Shown here: positions 1 to 9,671 of the stretch, piece by piece
Layout of the letters: the number at the start of each line of letters is the position of its first letter
Numbering within the stretch: the stretch's first letter is position 1
Assembly (NCBI GenBank): GCA_018714755.1
Contig: DVMY01000085.1
Span: 12,222-76,221 of the forward strand
Length of the DNA stretch: 64,000 bases
Source: Candidatus Aphodousia faecigallinarum
Lineage (GTDB): Bacteria > Pseudomonadota > Gammaproteobacteria > Burkholderiales > Burkholderiaceae_F
Direction of reading: 5' to 3'
The notes under the pieces: model-generated
Databases searched by the model: none
Seen by the model: only the letters and a program-made list of their open reading frames with translations
Told to the model about the DNA's origin: nothing
Position numbers and translations under genes: made by a program

Positions 1-546
1 TAGCAAAATATTGACCGAAATATCCTGAACCTGAAGATAGTATGTGCCTGACGTGGCTACTAAGCCGAAGAATATAAAAACGACAATTTCTCCATAAGGG
101 GAGTAAGCGATTGGTTTAGGGCCACCCATGTATAGATAGGCCGCTGCAATAGAAAACAATGTGACTAAAAGGAAAAACCAGTGCGTTAAATAAATGAAAT
201 AAACCGTGATTCCGATCGCCAATAATGAGGCGACAAGTATGCCCTTTTCAACATCTTTGATACTTAATAACCCCAAAGAAGTGGCTCTAGGCAATCCTTT
301 TCGATTGGTACGTTCCGCTTTTCTTTTAGTGTAACCGGAGTCATTTTCCATATTTGTCACGGCTTGCATGACAATAGCCAGTAAAGCCGTTAAAAAGGCT
401 GTGAGCCAGTTAATGGAACCGGTATCGGAAAGACAAACAGCCAAAGAGGCTAAAACCGGAGCAACAGCAACTCCAAAAGTTTTCGGACGAATGGCTAGCA
501 ACCAGGCTCCCATGGAACGAGGAGCGACATCTGTAGGATTTGTCAT
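1..546 (-). CDS. menA: 1,4-dihydroxy-2-naphthoate octaprenyltransferase (UbiA superfamily), 3' end runs off the window
   Basis: Not in the ORF track; translated by hand from ATG at 546: MTNPTDVAPRSMGAWLLAIRPKTFGVAVAPVLAS...QAVTNMENDSG...YLYMGGPKPIAYSPYGEIVVFIFFG. MenA-type RPKT, NxxND and Y..GP.P.AY..GE motifs; start overlaps the ybeD stop (TAATG). Confidence 0.82.
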   Translation of the reverse strand, partial: MTNPTDVAPRSMGAWLLAIRPKTFGVAVAPVLASLAVCLSDTGSINWLTAFLTALLAIVMQAVTNMENDSGYTKRKAERTNRKGLPRATSLGLLSIKDVEKGILVASLLAIGITVYFIYLTHWFFLLVTLFSIAAAYLYMGGPKPIAYSPYGEIVVFIFFGLVATSGTYYLQVQDISVNILL

Positions 547-815
547 TAAAGTACAACCTTGACCATGGGGTGATGAGTAAGTGCCATGTAAATTGAGTCA
601 AGTTGCTCTCGGCTGGTTGCATGCACAACAACATGTAACGCCTCGTACCGACCTTGCTTGCTGGGACGTCTCGCAATAGTCTCAGGATTGAATAATGGAT
701 CAAATTCTTTGATGAGTTGCCCGATTGTTGAGGCAAATTCAGGAGCGGAAAATCCCATGACTTTAATGGGGAAATCACACGGAAATTGTAAAAGTTCTTT
801 TTCTTGCATTGTCAT
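546..815 (-). CDS. ybeD: YbeD/DUF493 family protein
   Basis: LLQFPCDFPIKVMG...PSKQGRY...Y.AL..HPMVKVVL signature; directly downstream of a dac gene, as is typical. Confidence 0.88.
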   Translation of the reverse strand: MTMQEKELLQFPCDFPIKVMGFSAPEFASTIGQLIKEFDPLFNPETIARRPSKQGRYEALHVVVHATSREQLDSIYMALTHHPMVKVVL

Positions 816-821
816 ATCCCA

Positions 822-2003
822 TCATTGTAATCCAAAGATTGCTTTTAAACGTTGCAGTTGTCGCAACCAAAAATTAGATTTCTGCACATCATGCAAAGCG
901 ATCAATTCAGTGTTGGCGATTACTTTTCCACTAAATGAAACGGTGATTTCACCGATTTTCTCTCCTTGTTTAATGGGGGCTACTAAAGGGTCAAGCCGGG
1001 TGACCGTAGCTGAAAACCCTTTTTCTCCTTTCTGCAAAATGGCATCTCGAGGTAAGGTGACATAGAGGTTTTCTTTAACACCCACACGCACTTTAGCGTC
1101 ATCTGTCAGTTCTACGGGGAGACGGTCAATGGTCTCGTTAGCAGGGTAAAGCAGGAGGGTTTTGTAGTTGTCCGCTCCCCAATTCACCAATTTCATTGTG
1201 TCTGTCGTATTTTCACGATCAGAATCGGCTCCCATGGTCACCGCCAATAGCTCCCGTGAAAAACGCGTATTCGCTTCGAGATAGTCGCGCGAGTAATAAA
1301 TTACGCTTTCCCACGACTGCATTTGGAAGTTTGAACGATGCAGGCCTTTTATAGAATCCGTTCGCCATAGAAAGCTATTGCTGTTATTGTGATTCAATAC
1401 ACCGTTGTTAATGCTTTTAATAGTCCAGAAATCACTTAATTCGGGACAATCATTCAACAATGCATTGGCCAAAATTAAAGTATCCCGAGCACTGGTGTAG
1501 TGTTGATTCGTGTTGGCTCCAATAATTGAACTGTAATGCGTATTTTTCATGCCGAGCGCTTTTGCATTGTCATTCATTTTCTCAATAAAACGCTCAACTG
1601 TTTTATAGACTCCTTCAGCCAATGCCACTGCCGCATCATTGGCCCCCATGACAGCCACCGCTTTTTCAAGATTAGAAACAGAAACTGTTTGATTGGGTTC
1701 TAAATAAAAACGAGCCGCATTTAACGGAGGAATCGATAAGGCGTCGTTGTTGATTGTCACAAGAGAGCTGCGGTTAATGACGTTCTCTTTAATTGCTTGT
1801 TCCGTCGTATACAGCACCATCAGTAAAACAGTATTGCCTGGATTGACGCGTTTATCGGCGTTTTTGTGAGCCAAAGTTGTATTGGTCAGTCGATCAATCA
1901 GAACCCAGGATTCAGACTGGAGTTGGGGAGGGGTGGTAGCAGCGTTAACTGTGCCTAAAAAGTGACACAGAATAAAAACCAGGAGAAAAAACTGTTTTAT
2001 CAT
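822..2003 (-). CDS. D-alanyl-D-alanine carboxypeptidase (PBP5/6, peptidase S11) homolog, catalytic motifs degenerate
   Basis: Signal peptide, NDAAVALAE, MN..AKALGMKNTHY, TSARD, PBP5_C domain (LVAPIKQGEKIG) and C-terminal amphipathic helix; SxxK, SxN and KTG are all substituted. Confidence 0.85.
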   Translation of the reverse strand: MIKQFFLLVFILCHFLGTVNAATTPPQLQSESWVLIDRLTNTTLAHKNADKRVNPGNTVLLMVLYTTEQAIKENVINRSSLVTINNDALSIPPLNAARFYLEPNQTVSVSNLEKAVAVMGANDAAVALAEGVYKTVERFIEKMNDNAKALGMKNTHYSSIIGANTNQHYTSARDTLILANALLNDCPELSDFWTIKSINNGVLNHNNSNSFLWRTDSIKGLHRSNFQMQSWESVIYYSRDYLEANTRFSRELLAVTMGADSDRENTTDTMKLVNWGADNYKTLLLYPANETIDRLPVELTDDAKVRVGVKENLYVTLPRDAILQKGEKGFSATVTRLDPLVAPIKQGEKIGEITVSFSGKVIANTELIALHDVQKSNFWLRQLQRLKAIFGLQ

Positions 2004-2142
2004 TCGAGAAATATTATTGACAAAGATCTTTGTAATGGTAGGTAATTTTAACGTAAGCGAATCATTTTAAAGGATTTTTATCGCTTTCCACTACCAATGA
2101 GGGCTTTATTGTTTCAATTTGTTCAACTTATAAAAATAGTTT

Positions 2143-2883
2143 ATGTCAAAGTACTCTTTAAATTCAGTCAGTTACGAAATTGTTGAGCAAACAGGTTCAA
2201 CTAACACGGATTTGTTAGAACGTATTAGAAAGCATGGATTAAAAACAATTGTTGCAAGACAGGCTCTCATTCAAACTCAAGGACGTGGAACTAGAGGGCG
2301 GGTTTGGGACAGTCATGGCGATTGCCTGATGTTTTCTGTTGCTCTACCTATCGGAAATGATCTTAGACGTATAAAAGGAGTTACGTTGGCCATCGGAGCA
2401 TTTATTGCTTTGGCTCTGAGAGAAAGATCGGTGCCGGCTCGAGTGAAATGGCCCAATGACATTTTGCTTTTTGATCAAAAATTGGCGGGAATCTTAGTTG
2501 AAACTGCGAAGGGACCCAATCGAGATTATGGTCTGGTGGTTGGAATAGGCTTAAATTTAAAAAAGCGAAATAGCGCCTATGCTGCTTTATCAGACAGTAT
2601 CCGAGAATCAGAGATAGAAAAGACAAATTGGATGGAGGTTTTCACTCAATGCATTATAGAGGCGGTATCTGAGGTTATGAACAACGGGTTGGGACGCATC
2701 CAATTGCTCTGGGATACAATAGCAGCATATAAAAATCAAAGGGTACGCATTACCGAAGAAAATCAACAACCATACGAAGCCGTTGTAGTTGGCATTGATG
2801 AAAATGGATCTTTATTAGTTCAATGTGACTCAGAGACTAAGACACTGGTTTCCGGTATGGTCAGAATACAATACAAGAAATGA
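2143..2883 (+). CDS. birA: biotin--[acetyl-CoA-carboxylase] ligase, no N-terminal HTH
   Basis: STN, QTQGRGTRGRVW, KWPNDI, KLAGILVE and GIGLNL motifs. Confidence 0.93.
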   Translation: MSKYSLNSVSYEIVEQTGSTNTDLLERIRKHGLKTIVARQALIQTQGRGTRGRVWDSHGDCLMFSVALPIGNDLRRIKGVTLAIGAFIALALRERSVPARVKWPNDILLFDQKLAGILVETAKGPNRDYGLVVGIGLNLKKRNSAYAALSDSIRESEIEKTNWMEVFTQCIIEAVSEVMNNGLGRIQLLWDTIAAYKNQRVRITEENQQPYEAVVVGIDENGSLLVQCDSETKTLVSGMVRIQYKK

Positions 2884-3641
2884 ATCTACTGATTGACTTA
2901 GGCAATACCGCTTTAAAGTGGGCCACTTCAGATGAGCCCGAGTCTCCTCATACTTTAGTGCATGGGGGATCTCATCATTTTTCAGAAAAGTTGCTTCAAG
3001 CGCTTCAAGGCCAGTCTTTTGAACATGTTTATGGTTGTTCAGTCGCTTCCAGGGATTTGACTTTATCTGTTTCACGTTTAGTGGAGTCTTTGGGGGTAAA
3101 AATCACTTGGCTAAAAGCTCAACAAAGGTATCAAGGTGAGTTTGTTTTACGCAACTCGTACAAAACACCTACCCAATTAGGGTCGGATCGATGGCATGCG
3201 GCTATTGGCGCGGTTAGTTTTCTTCCTCAACAGCCTTTATTGGTAGTGCACGTGGGAACAGCGACAACAGTTGATTGCGTGTTTCCTGAAGACGGGGAAA
3301 TGGTTTTTGCTGGAGGACGTATTGCACCAGGAGTCGTGTTAATGCGGGATAGTCTTGTGACGGGAACCGCCACGTTACCAAAAGCTGATGGTGAGTATGC
3401 AGATTTCCCGACTGATACGATGACGGGTATCGTGACGGGCATCGTGGATTCGCAATTGGGATTAATTGAAAGAGGAATGCGGGTGATGCAACAGCACCAT
3501 TTTGAACCGACTTTAGTTTTAGCCGGTGGTGCGGTTGCTCGTTTTGCGCCTTATCTTATGAAAGAATTTCCCGACAGTATTGTTAAGCATAATTTGGTCT
3601 TAAGAGGATTGGCGCTTCGCTCTAAGGGGGCGGTTTTATGA
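2880..3641 (+). CDS. coaX: type III pantothenate kinase
   Basis: LLIDLGNTALKW, LGSDRW, GTATTVD and GG.IAPG motifs; ATGA overlap with birA. Confidence 0.93.
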   Translation: MNLLIDLGNTALKWATSDEPESPHTLVHGGSHHFSEKLLQALQGQSFEHVYGCSVASRDLTLSVSRLVESLGVKITWLKAQQRYQGEFVLRNSYKTPTQLGSDRWHAAIGAVSFLPQQPLLVVHVGTATTVDCVFPEDGEMVFAGGRIAPGVVLMRDSLVTGTATLPKADGEYADFPTDTMTGIVTGIVDSQLGLIERGMRVMQQHHFEPTLVLAGGAVARFAPYLMKEFPDSIVKHNLVLRGLALRSKGAVL

Positions 3642-4435
3642 AAAAATTGGCGCTTGTTTTGTGCTTAGTTTGTTTTGGTTATTACGGTTGGGATGCTGCT
3701 AAAGATTGGCTTCTTCCTCCGTCAGAAAATGAACTGAGTGTAAACGACGCGGCTATGTCTCGGGCAGAGGTTTTTCCCTCTGCCATGCAAAACATTGTGC
3801 CTGTTCAAGATTTACCAGCTTATATTGATCAACAGCGAGAGTTAATGAAACAACAAAGCTCAATTGAGCGCGTTGAGTTAAAAACAGAAAACGAGCCGAT
3901 AGATCACTCTCCATTGCCTGATCCTTCACCTATTTTCAAACCGAGTAAAACAAGTGACGCCGCTTCTGTGAACGTAAGTACTTGTTTTCAAATGGGACCT
4001 TTGCCTCGAAGTGCCTTACCTTCCATTAATCGCTCCATTGAGTCAGCTGGTTTGCTAGAAGTGGTTCGTGTGGATTCGATCCTCAATCCGGATTCTTATG
4101 TTGTTTTTATTATTCCTACAACAACGGAAAAAGGGGCCCGTGCTCTAATGACTCAAGTTCGTAAACGGGGATATAAATCAGCGGTTGTTGTTACGGAGGG
4201 GCCGTTATTAAATGCCGTGCAATTGGGACGCTTTCAAGATCAAAACAAGGCGGAGCAATTTTTTGAAGATGCCAAACAACGATTGCACATGAACGATTTG
4301 CGCATGACAAGACTGATAGGCAAACCGAGCAATAGTGTCACCCTGACATTTAACGCTTTAACGGAAGCACAAGTTCAAGCTCTCCAAGGGCTTGCCAAGA
4401 AACACAAACAAGCCCTCAAAGAATGTGTTTACTAA
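3638..4435 (+). CDS. SPOR-domain membrane-anchored protein
   Basis: N-terminal hydrophobic segment, Pro-rich linker, C-terminal CFQMGP...AVQLGRF SPOR-like region; usual position after coaX in betaproteobacteria. Confidence 0.6.
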   Translation: MKKLALVLCLVCFGYYGWDAAKDWLLPPSENELSVNDAAMSRAEVFPSAMQNIVPVQDLPAYIDQQRELMKQQSSIERVELKTENEPIDHSPLPDPSPIFKPSKTSDAASVNVSTCFQMGPLPRSALPSINRSIESAGLLEVVRVDSILNPDSYVVFIIPTTTEKGARALMTQVRKRGYKSAVVVTEGPLLNAVQLGRFQDQNKAEQFFEDAKQRLHMNDLRMTRLIGKPSNSVTLTFNALTEAQVQALQGLAKKHKQALKECVY

Positions 4436-4857
4436 AATAGTTGTTTTAATTTTTCTCGAACTACCTCTGCGCAACGATCTGCACTTGTTTGCCACGCCGC
4501 CAATTGCTCGCTGTTAACTTCTCGTTGTTTTATTCCCCAAATCGATTCGGGGAAGTGAGAATCGTTTTTAAATCTCGCGATCACATGCCAATGTAAATGC
4601 GGCACCATGTTGCCGAATTGGGCCCAATTGACTTTATCCGGACGCATTTCAGAACGAATCACTTTTTCAACTTCAATCAGTATTTTTTCAAGCATTCGCC
4701 GATCTTCGTCATCCAAGTCAGACATCTCAGCTACATGATCATTCCAAATGACTCTGAAGTACCCTGGAAAGTTCACGTCCTCGACTTGAATAACGCGCAA
4801 CTTTTCATTTTTCCAAATGACTTTTTCAACATTCGGATGGCATAAAACACAATTCAT
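4432..4857 (-). CDS. HIT family hydrolase
   Basis: N-terminal CxxC and GNMVPHLHWHVIAR histidine triad. Confidence 0.9.
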   Translation of the reverse strand: MNCVLCHPNVEKVIWKNEKLRVIQVEDVNFPGYFRVIWNDHVAEMSDLDDEDRRMLEKILIEVEKVIRSEMRPDKVNWAQFGNMVPHLHWHVIARFKNDSHFPESIWGIKQREVNSEQLAAWQTSADRCAEVVREKLKQLF

Positions 4858-4882
4858 TTTTACTCCGAAATTTGATCACAAA

Positions 4883-5137
4883 TTAATGAATGGGGCGATA
4901 GTAAGTGTTGTTTTTGATAGGCTCTCCCTCAATCAACTCAACACCTCCAGTTCCATCATCCACCAAGTGGTAGTCCCATTTTTTTCTACCATTAGAGTCT
5001 TCCAACCAAACGGCCACCGGCCAATCAAGTTCATCAAGATTGCCATTAATGAAGTCTTTTGCTTCCAGAACTGTTGCAAAATTCTCCGCGAAGTCTCCAT
5101 AGTCGACTATCACTTCGGTCACAACGTCTCTTCTCAT
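4883..5137 (-). CDS. hypothetical small acidic protein (84 aa)
   Basis: Fills the gap between co-oriented genes, GAGG Shine-Dalgarno upstream, natural-looking composition; no recognised family. Confidence 0.7.
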   Translation of the reverse strand: MRRDVVTEVIVDYGDFAENFATVLEAKDFINGNLDELDWPVAVWLEDSNGRKKWDYHLVDDGTGGVELIEGEPIKNNTYYRPIH

Positions 5138-5146
5138 AATTTGCCT

Positions 5147-6541
5147 CTAGACACTACTGAGCACTTGTGCGACAACTGCTGTGAGTTTTTTGGTGTACTC
5201 AATATCTAAAGATTCATCTGGAGCATGGGCATTGGATTGAGGACCAAGAACACCAGTTAGAATGAAAGCGCTTTGAGGGAATAATTTTTCAAAAGTGTTG
5301 ATGATTGAAATAGACCCCCCTTGTCCGGTGAAAACAGCTTCTTTCCCAAAAACCTCTTGAGAGGCCTTGTTAAATAAATTTTCGATACAAGCCGACTGTT
5401 CTTTGGCGGACCAGCCTGGGTGATTTTCAGGGTATTGCCAGGTGACTTTACAACCGTAGGGGATATTGGTTGTCAAAGCATTCTCTATGTCTTGTTGAGC
5501 TGCTTTGAAATCAATATTAGGCGGAACTCTCATGGACAATCGAAAGGCGACGGCGCCTTGGACGACATTGCCAGCGTCCTCAATACGCGGCATTCCGTCC
5601 ACTCCAATGACCGTTAGGGCGGGGTTCCATGTTTGCTGAATCAAAATTTCATGATTGGTGCAGTGTTTGACTTGAACCCCTTCCAGCAAAGGAGCGTGAT
5701 TCCACACCAAATCTCCCAGCACATCACTTGCCCGTTTCAATTGTTCTACGCGTCTTGTTGGGATCGATGTGTGGCAGGAGGCAATTTTGACAAAGCCAGT
5801 AGCAGGATCATGTAGTCGGTTGATTAGTGCTTGCGCGACAGAGAAGGGATCCGGGACCATTCCGGAGTAACTACCGGAGTGCACCCCATAATGCATGCTC
5901 TGTACTCTTAACGTACCCGAGATAACGCCCCGAAGAGAGGTGCTAAGCCATACATGTTCATAATCACCGCAATGGTTATCCAAGACGATGAAGAATTTTG
6001 GCTCTCCTAATCGATCTTTTAATTGCTCAAGATAATAGGGTAAGTCAATGGAACCGGATTCTTCTTGGGTTTCAAAAATACCGATGATGCGAGGGTGAGT
6101 CAGATTAAGTTTTTTAAGAGCAAACACAGAGGTAATCATGGAAAAAAGGCTATAACCGTCATCGGCCGCGCCTCTTCCGAATAACTTTCCGTTTTCGATG
6201 ACAGGACTCCAAGCGGAGAGTCCCTTTCTCCATCCGCCAGCTTCCGGTTGCTTATCTAAGTGGCCGTAAAACACGATACTTTCTGTATTGGATGCCGCAT
6301 TGCTAGGGATATCAACCAATAAGCAAGGTGTTTTACCTTCCTGTTTAATGATTTCGGTTTGGGCCTGCGGCAGTACTTTGGAAATCCAACGCTGTCCTAG
6401 TTCACAGCATTGGAGTAAAAAACCGTGTTTTTCCCATTGGCTATCAAAAGCCGTTGACTTTGCGGGAATGCGTATGAAGTCCATCAATGCGGGTTGAGCT
6501 TCTTGTTCCCAAAACTCGTCAATAATTTTTTCCAAGGACAT
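5147..6541 (-). CDS. M20/M25/M40 family metallopeptidase (dipeptidase-like)
   Basis: YGHLDKQP, LFGRGAADDG, EESGS, HSG and NAHAPDE metal-binding motifs. Confidence 0.88.
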   Translation of the reverse strand: MSLEKIIDEFWEQEAQPALMDFIRIPAKSTAFDSQWEKHGFLLQCCELGQRWISKVLPQAQTEIIKQEGKTPCLLVDIPSNAASNTESIVFYGHLDKQPEAGGWRKGLSAWSPVIENGKLFGRGAADDGYSLFSMITSVFALKKLNLTHPRIIGIFETQEESGSIDLPYYLEQLKDRLGEPKFFIVLDNHCGDYEHVWLSTSLRGVISGTLRVQSMHYGVHSGSYSGMVPDPFSVAQALINRLHDPATGFVKIASCHTSIPTRRVEQLKRASDVLGDLVWNHAPLLEGVQVKHCTNHEILIQQTWNPALTVIGVDGMPRIEDAGNVVQGAVAFRLSMRVPPNIDFKAAQQDIENALTTNIPYGCKVTWQYPENHPGWSAKEQSACIENLFNKASQEVFGKEAVFTGQGGSISIINTFEKLFPQSAFILTGVLGPQSNAHAPDESLDIEYTKKLTAVVAQVLSSV

Positions 6542-6551
6542 ATATGAACCT

Positions 6552-7655
6552 CTAATGAATTTGTACAGGTACTAATTTTTTATTGAGCAGTTGACCGATG
6601 GCTTCGGCTTGTGCGGAGGCTTCTTCTTTAGAGGAGAATGCTCCTATCACCACTCGATATAAGTTGCCGTCTTTTTGCACCGTAGCCGGATAAGTGACCT
6701 GAGTTTGCACACTTCTAACATAATTTTGGGCATTGATTTCTGAACTGAAAGCGCCGACTTGAATGCTCCAATGAGAGGAGATATCAGTCGTGGCAGCCTG
6801 CAGATCTACCTCAGTGCTAACCATTTCATGCTTGGCGGCTTCGGTTAAATTAACGGCTCCTTGTAAATCTTCCGGTGCATCTTCAATACTAAAGGAGGTG
6901 GTGAGGGAAGTTTCCACCACAATGGTGTTGGGTTGAGTGATGGCCACATGAGAGCTTGGTTGGGCGGTTTTATTATCGGAGGCCACCTGCGCTAGTTTTG
7001 AGGCTCCTCCAATGACACTGGCGATCGCAGCTATGTCAGCACTGTTTTCCTGGACTTTGCTGTCATCAATCAGCTTAATTAGGCCGGAAGCAGAGGCAGG
7101 GAGTCTTCCGTTTTTGATATCAGCCATTCGAATTCGTTCAACTTTAACGGGGGCTGTGCCGTTTTTTACATATCCCAATTTACTGGCCGCAGCGTAGGAA
7201 AGATCAATAATTCTGTCATCAACAAAGGGGCCTCTGTCGTTGACTCTGACGATGACACTTCTGCCGTTTTTAAGATTGGTAACCTTGGCGTAACTCGGCA
7301 ATTCCATGGTCTTATGAGCCGCCGTCATGGTGTACATGTTATAAATTTCGCCGGTAGATGTTTTCCTGCCATGAAATTTTTTTCCATACCAGGATGCCGT
7401 TCCACGCTCAGTCATAGGCTTATCTCCGGTGACCGGCACGTATCGCTTCCCGCCGACGGAATAAGGTTTATTGGCGCCGCTATGTGGTTTTTCATATTTA
7501 GGCACTGCATCTGGCAGGTTGCTGTAGTCGGAATTCGCAAAGAAACCGGAAGGGGGACCATCGTCTTGAAAATAGCCGCCACCACCTGAACAGGCTGTCA
7601 ACAAAATAGCTGCCGCGGCAATGCATATGGCAGTGTTGGATGGATTTTTTTTCAT
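6552..7655 (-). CDS. rlpA: septal ring lytic transglycosylase RlpA family lipoprotein
   Basis: Lipobox LLTAC; DPBB domain (GTASWYG, TAAHKT, VRVNDRGPF, IIDLSYAAA); C-terminal SPOR (IQVGAFS). Start moved to MKKNPS (7655). Confidence 0.92.
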   Translation of the reverse strand: MKKNPSNTAICIAAAAILLTACSGGGGYFQDDGPPSGFFANSDYSNLPDAVPKYEKPHSGANKPYSVGGKRYVPVTGDKPMTERGTASWYGKKFHGRKTSTGEIYNMYTMTAAHKTMELPSYAKVTNLKNGRSVIVRVNDRGPFVDDRIIDLSYAAASKLGYVKNGTAPVKVERIRMADIKNGRLPASASGLIKLIDDSKVQENSADIAAIASVIGGASKLAQVASDNKTAQPSSHVAITQPNTIVVETSLTTSFSIEDAPEDLQGAVNLTEAAKHEMVSTEVDLQAATTDISSHWSIQVGAFSSEINAQNYVRSVQTQVTYPATVQKDGNLYRVVIGAFSSKEEASAQAEAIGQLLNKKLVPVQIH

Positions 7656-7909
7656 GGTTATTAGAAATATCAATGCTGAACTGATTATTGCCCAAGATGT
7701 TTTTAAAAGCAAAGACTGATACACAAAAACACTTTTGCCACGATTACCTTCGAAGCTCATTTCAAAAGAGGTTTAATCCCAAAGGAGAAGTAAAAGTAAT
7801 GGAAAATCATTAGAATTCACAGGTTAGCGGTAATGTTGGTTTAAAAAATTACCGGTCAGATTTTTTATCACAAAACGGGGGTTTCTTCCGTTTGTTATTG
7901 GAATAGTTT

Positions 7910-8197
7910 ATGACGCTGGCTCTTGAAGATATTCGCCGTATTGCCAACCTCAGTCATTTAGAGCTAAATGATGAAGAGGCGGTTCGCATGCAAGGCGAAT
8001 TGAACAATATTTTTCAAATGATTGAACGCATTCAGGCCGTGGATACCGAAGGGGTTGAACCGATGCCGCATCCTCATGATGGCTCACAGCGCCTGCGTGA
8101 GGATATTGTGCGAGAGGTCAACGATAGAGAAAGCAACATGAAGAACGCTCCTGAACAGGCAGAGGGTCATTTCTTGGTACCGCAGGTGATTGAATAA
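7910..8197 (+). CDS. gatC: Asp/Glu-tRNA amidotransferase subunit C
   Basis: IA.L..L...VDTEGVEP...LRED...NAPE...FLVPQVIE; first gene of gatCAB. Confidence 0.95.
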   Translation: MTLALEDIRRIANLSHLELNDEEAVRMQGELNNIFQMIERIQAVDTEGVEPMPHPHDGSQRLREDIVREVNDRESNMKNAPEQAEGHFLVPQVIE

Positions 8198-9657
8198 TGG
8201 CAAACGAACTTTTTCATGCTTCTGTGGTTGAGTTAAGTGAAAAACTCTCCCGCAAAGAAGTCTCGTCAGTTGAATTGGCCCAAATGTATTTGGACCGTAT
8301 TGAAAAAAACAAAGATTTGAATGCTTACCTGGACGTTAGGCCGGAGGCGACTCTGCAGCAAGCAGCTCTGGCCGACCAAAGAATCGCTCAGGGGCAAGCT
8401 ACTCGGTTGACCGGCATCCCCATTGCTCATAAAGATCTTTTTGTTACTAAAGAATGGGCAACGACCGCAGCCAGCAAAATGCTTGATGGATACATGAGCC
8501 CATTTAATGCAACCGTGGTTGAAAACCTAAATAAAGCCGGCATGGTTTGCTTAGGTAAGCTCAATTGCGATGAATTTGCCATGGGGGGCGGAAATGAAAA
8601 CTCTGCCTTCGGCAAAGTTCTCAATCCTTGGAATAAAGACTGTGTTCCCGGTGGATCCTCTGGGGGTTCGTCGAGCGCAGTGGCTGCCAGTTTGGCTCCT
8701 GTGGCTACCGGTACAGACACTGGCGGTTCTATTCGAGAACCGGCTGTTTTCACAGGGGTAACGGGGTTAAAGCCGACTTATGGCCGTCCCAGTCGCTGGG
8801 GTGTGATCGCGTTTGCTTCCAGCCTGGATACGCCGGGGGTGCTAGCTCGGTCAGCTGAAGACTGTGCTTGGGTCATGAACGAGATGATCGAATTTGATCC
8901 AAAAGACTCTACTTGTGTGGATCTTCCAAAGGAAGACTTTACTCGATATCTTGACATGAGCATGGACGGAGTCAAAATCGGAGTCCCCCGTAGTTGGTTT
9001 GCGAAGGGACTCGATGAAGAGTTATCGGTCAGCATCGAGAATGTAATCCGCACCTACGAAAAAATGGGAGCGAAAATTGTCGACATTGAGCTGCCGACCG
9101 TTGACTTGGGGGTTCCAGTTTATTACGTGGTGGCCTGTGCGGAAGCTTCTTCTAATCTGAGTCGTTACGATGGTGTGCGTTATGGTTATCGTGCCAAACA
9201 CTATACGGACATTCAGGACATGATCAAGCGCAGTCGCTCTGAAGCGCTAGGGGCGGAGCCGCAACGTCGAATCATGATCGGCACATACGTTCTTTCACAT
9301 GGCTACTATGACGCATACTACATTAAGGCGCAACGGGTTCGCCGCTTAATTGCCAATGAACTCAATAGTGTTTGCAAAGAAGTGGATGCCATTATCAGCC
9401 CTGCCGCTACCGGTCCAGCTTATCACTTCGGAGAAAAGAGTGATCCGGTTCAGGCTTATTTAAGTGATCTCTACACAGTGCCCGTGTCCTTGGCAGGTTT
9501 GCCAGGGATGGGGCTGCCTTGCGGTATCCATTCAAACGGGTTGCCGCTCGGATTCCAACTTGTGAGCGCTCGATTTAATGAAGCAAAGCTTTTAGGTCTG
9601 GCCCATCGATATCAATGTGAAACGGATTGGCACAAACGCATTCCGGCCGGATACTGA
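8197..9657 (+). CDS. gatA: Asp/Glu-tRNA amidotransferase subunit A
   Basis: Amidase signature GGSSGGS and GTDTGGSIR; SSNLSRYDG; RRIMIGT. Confidence 0.97.
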   Translation: MANELFHASVVELSEKLSRKEVSSVELAQMYLDRIEKNKDLNAYLDVRPEATLQQAALADQRIAQGQATRLTGIPIAHKDLFVTKEWATTAASKMLDGYMSPFNATVVENLNKAGMVCLGKLNCDEFAMGGGNENSAFGKVLNPWNKDCVPGGSSGGSSSAVAASLAPVATGTDTGGSIREPAVFTGVTGLKPTYGRPSRWGVIAFASSLDTPGVLARSAEDCAWVMNEMIEFDPKDSTCVDLPKEDFTRYLDMSMDGVKIGVPRSWFAKGLDEELSVSIENVIRTYEKMGAKIVDIELPTVDLGVPVYYVVACAEASSNLSRYDGVRYGYRAKHYTDIQDMIKRSRSEALGAEPQRRIMIGTYVLSHGYYDAYYIKAQRVRRLIANELNSVCKEVDAIISPAATGPAYHFGEKSDPVQAYLSDLYTVPVSLAGLPGMGLPCGIHSNGLPLGFQLVSARFNEAKLLGLAHRYQCETDWHKRIPAGY

Positions 9658-9671
9658 TAAAGGATAAAAAT

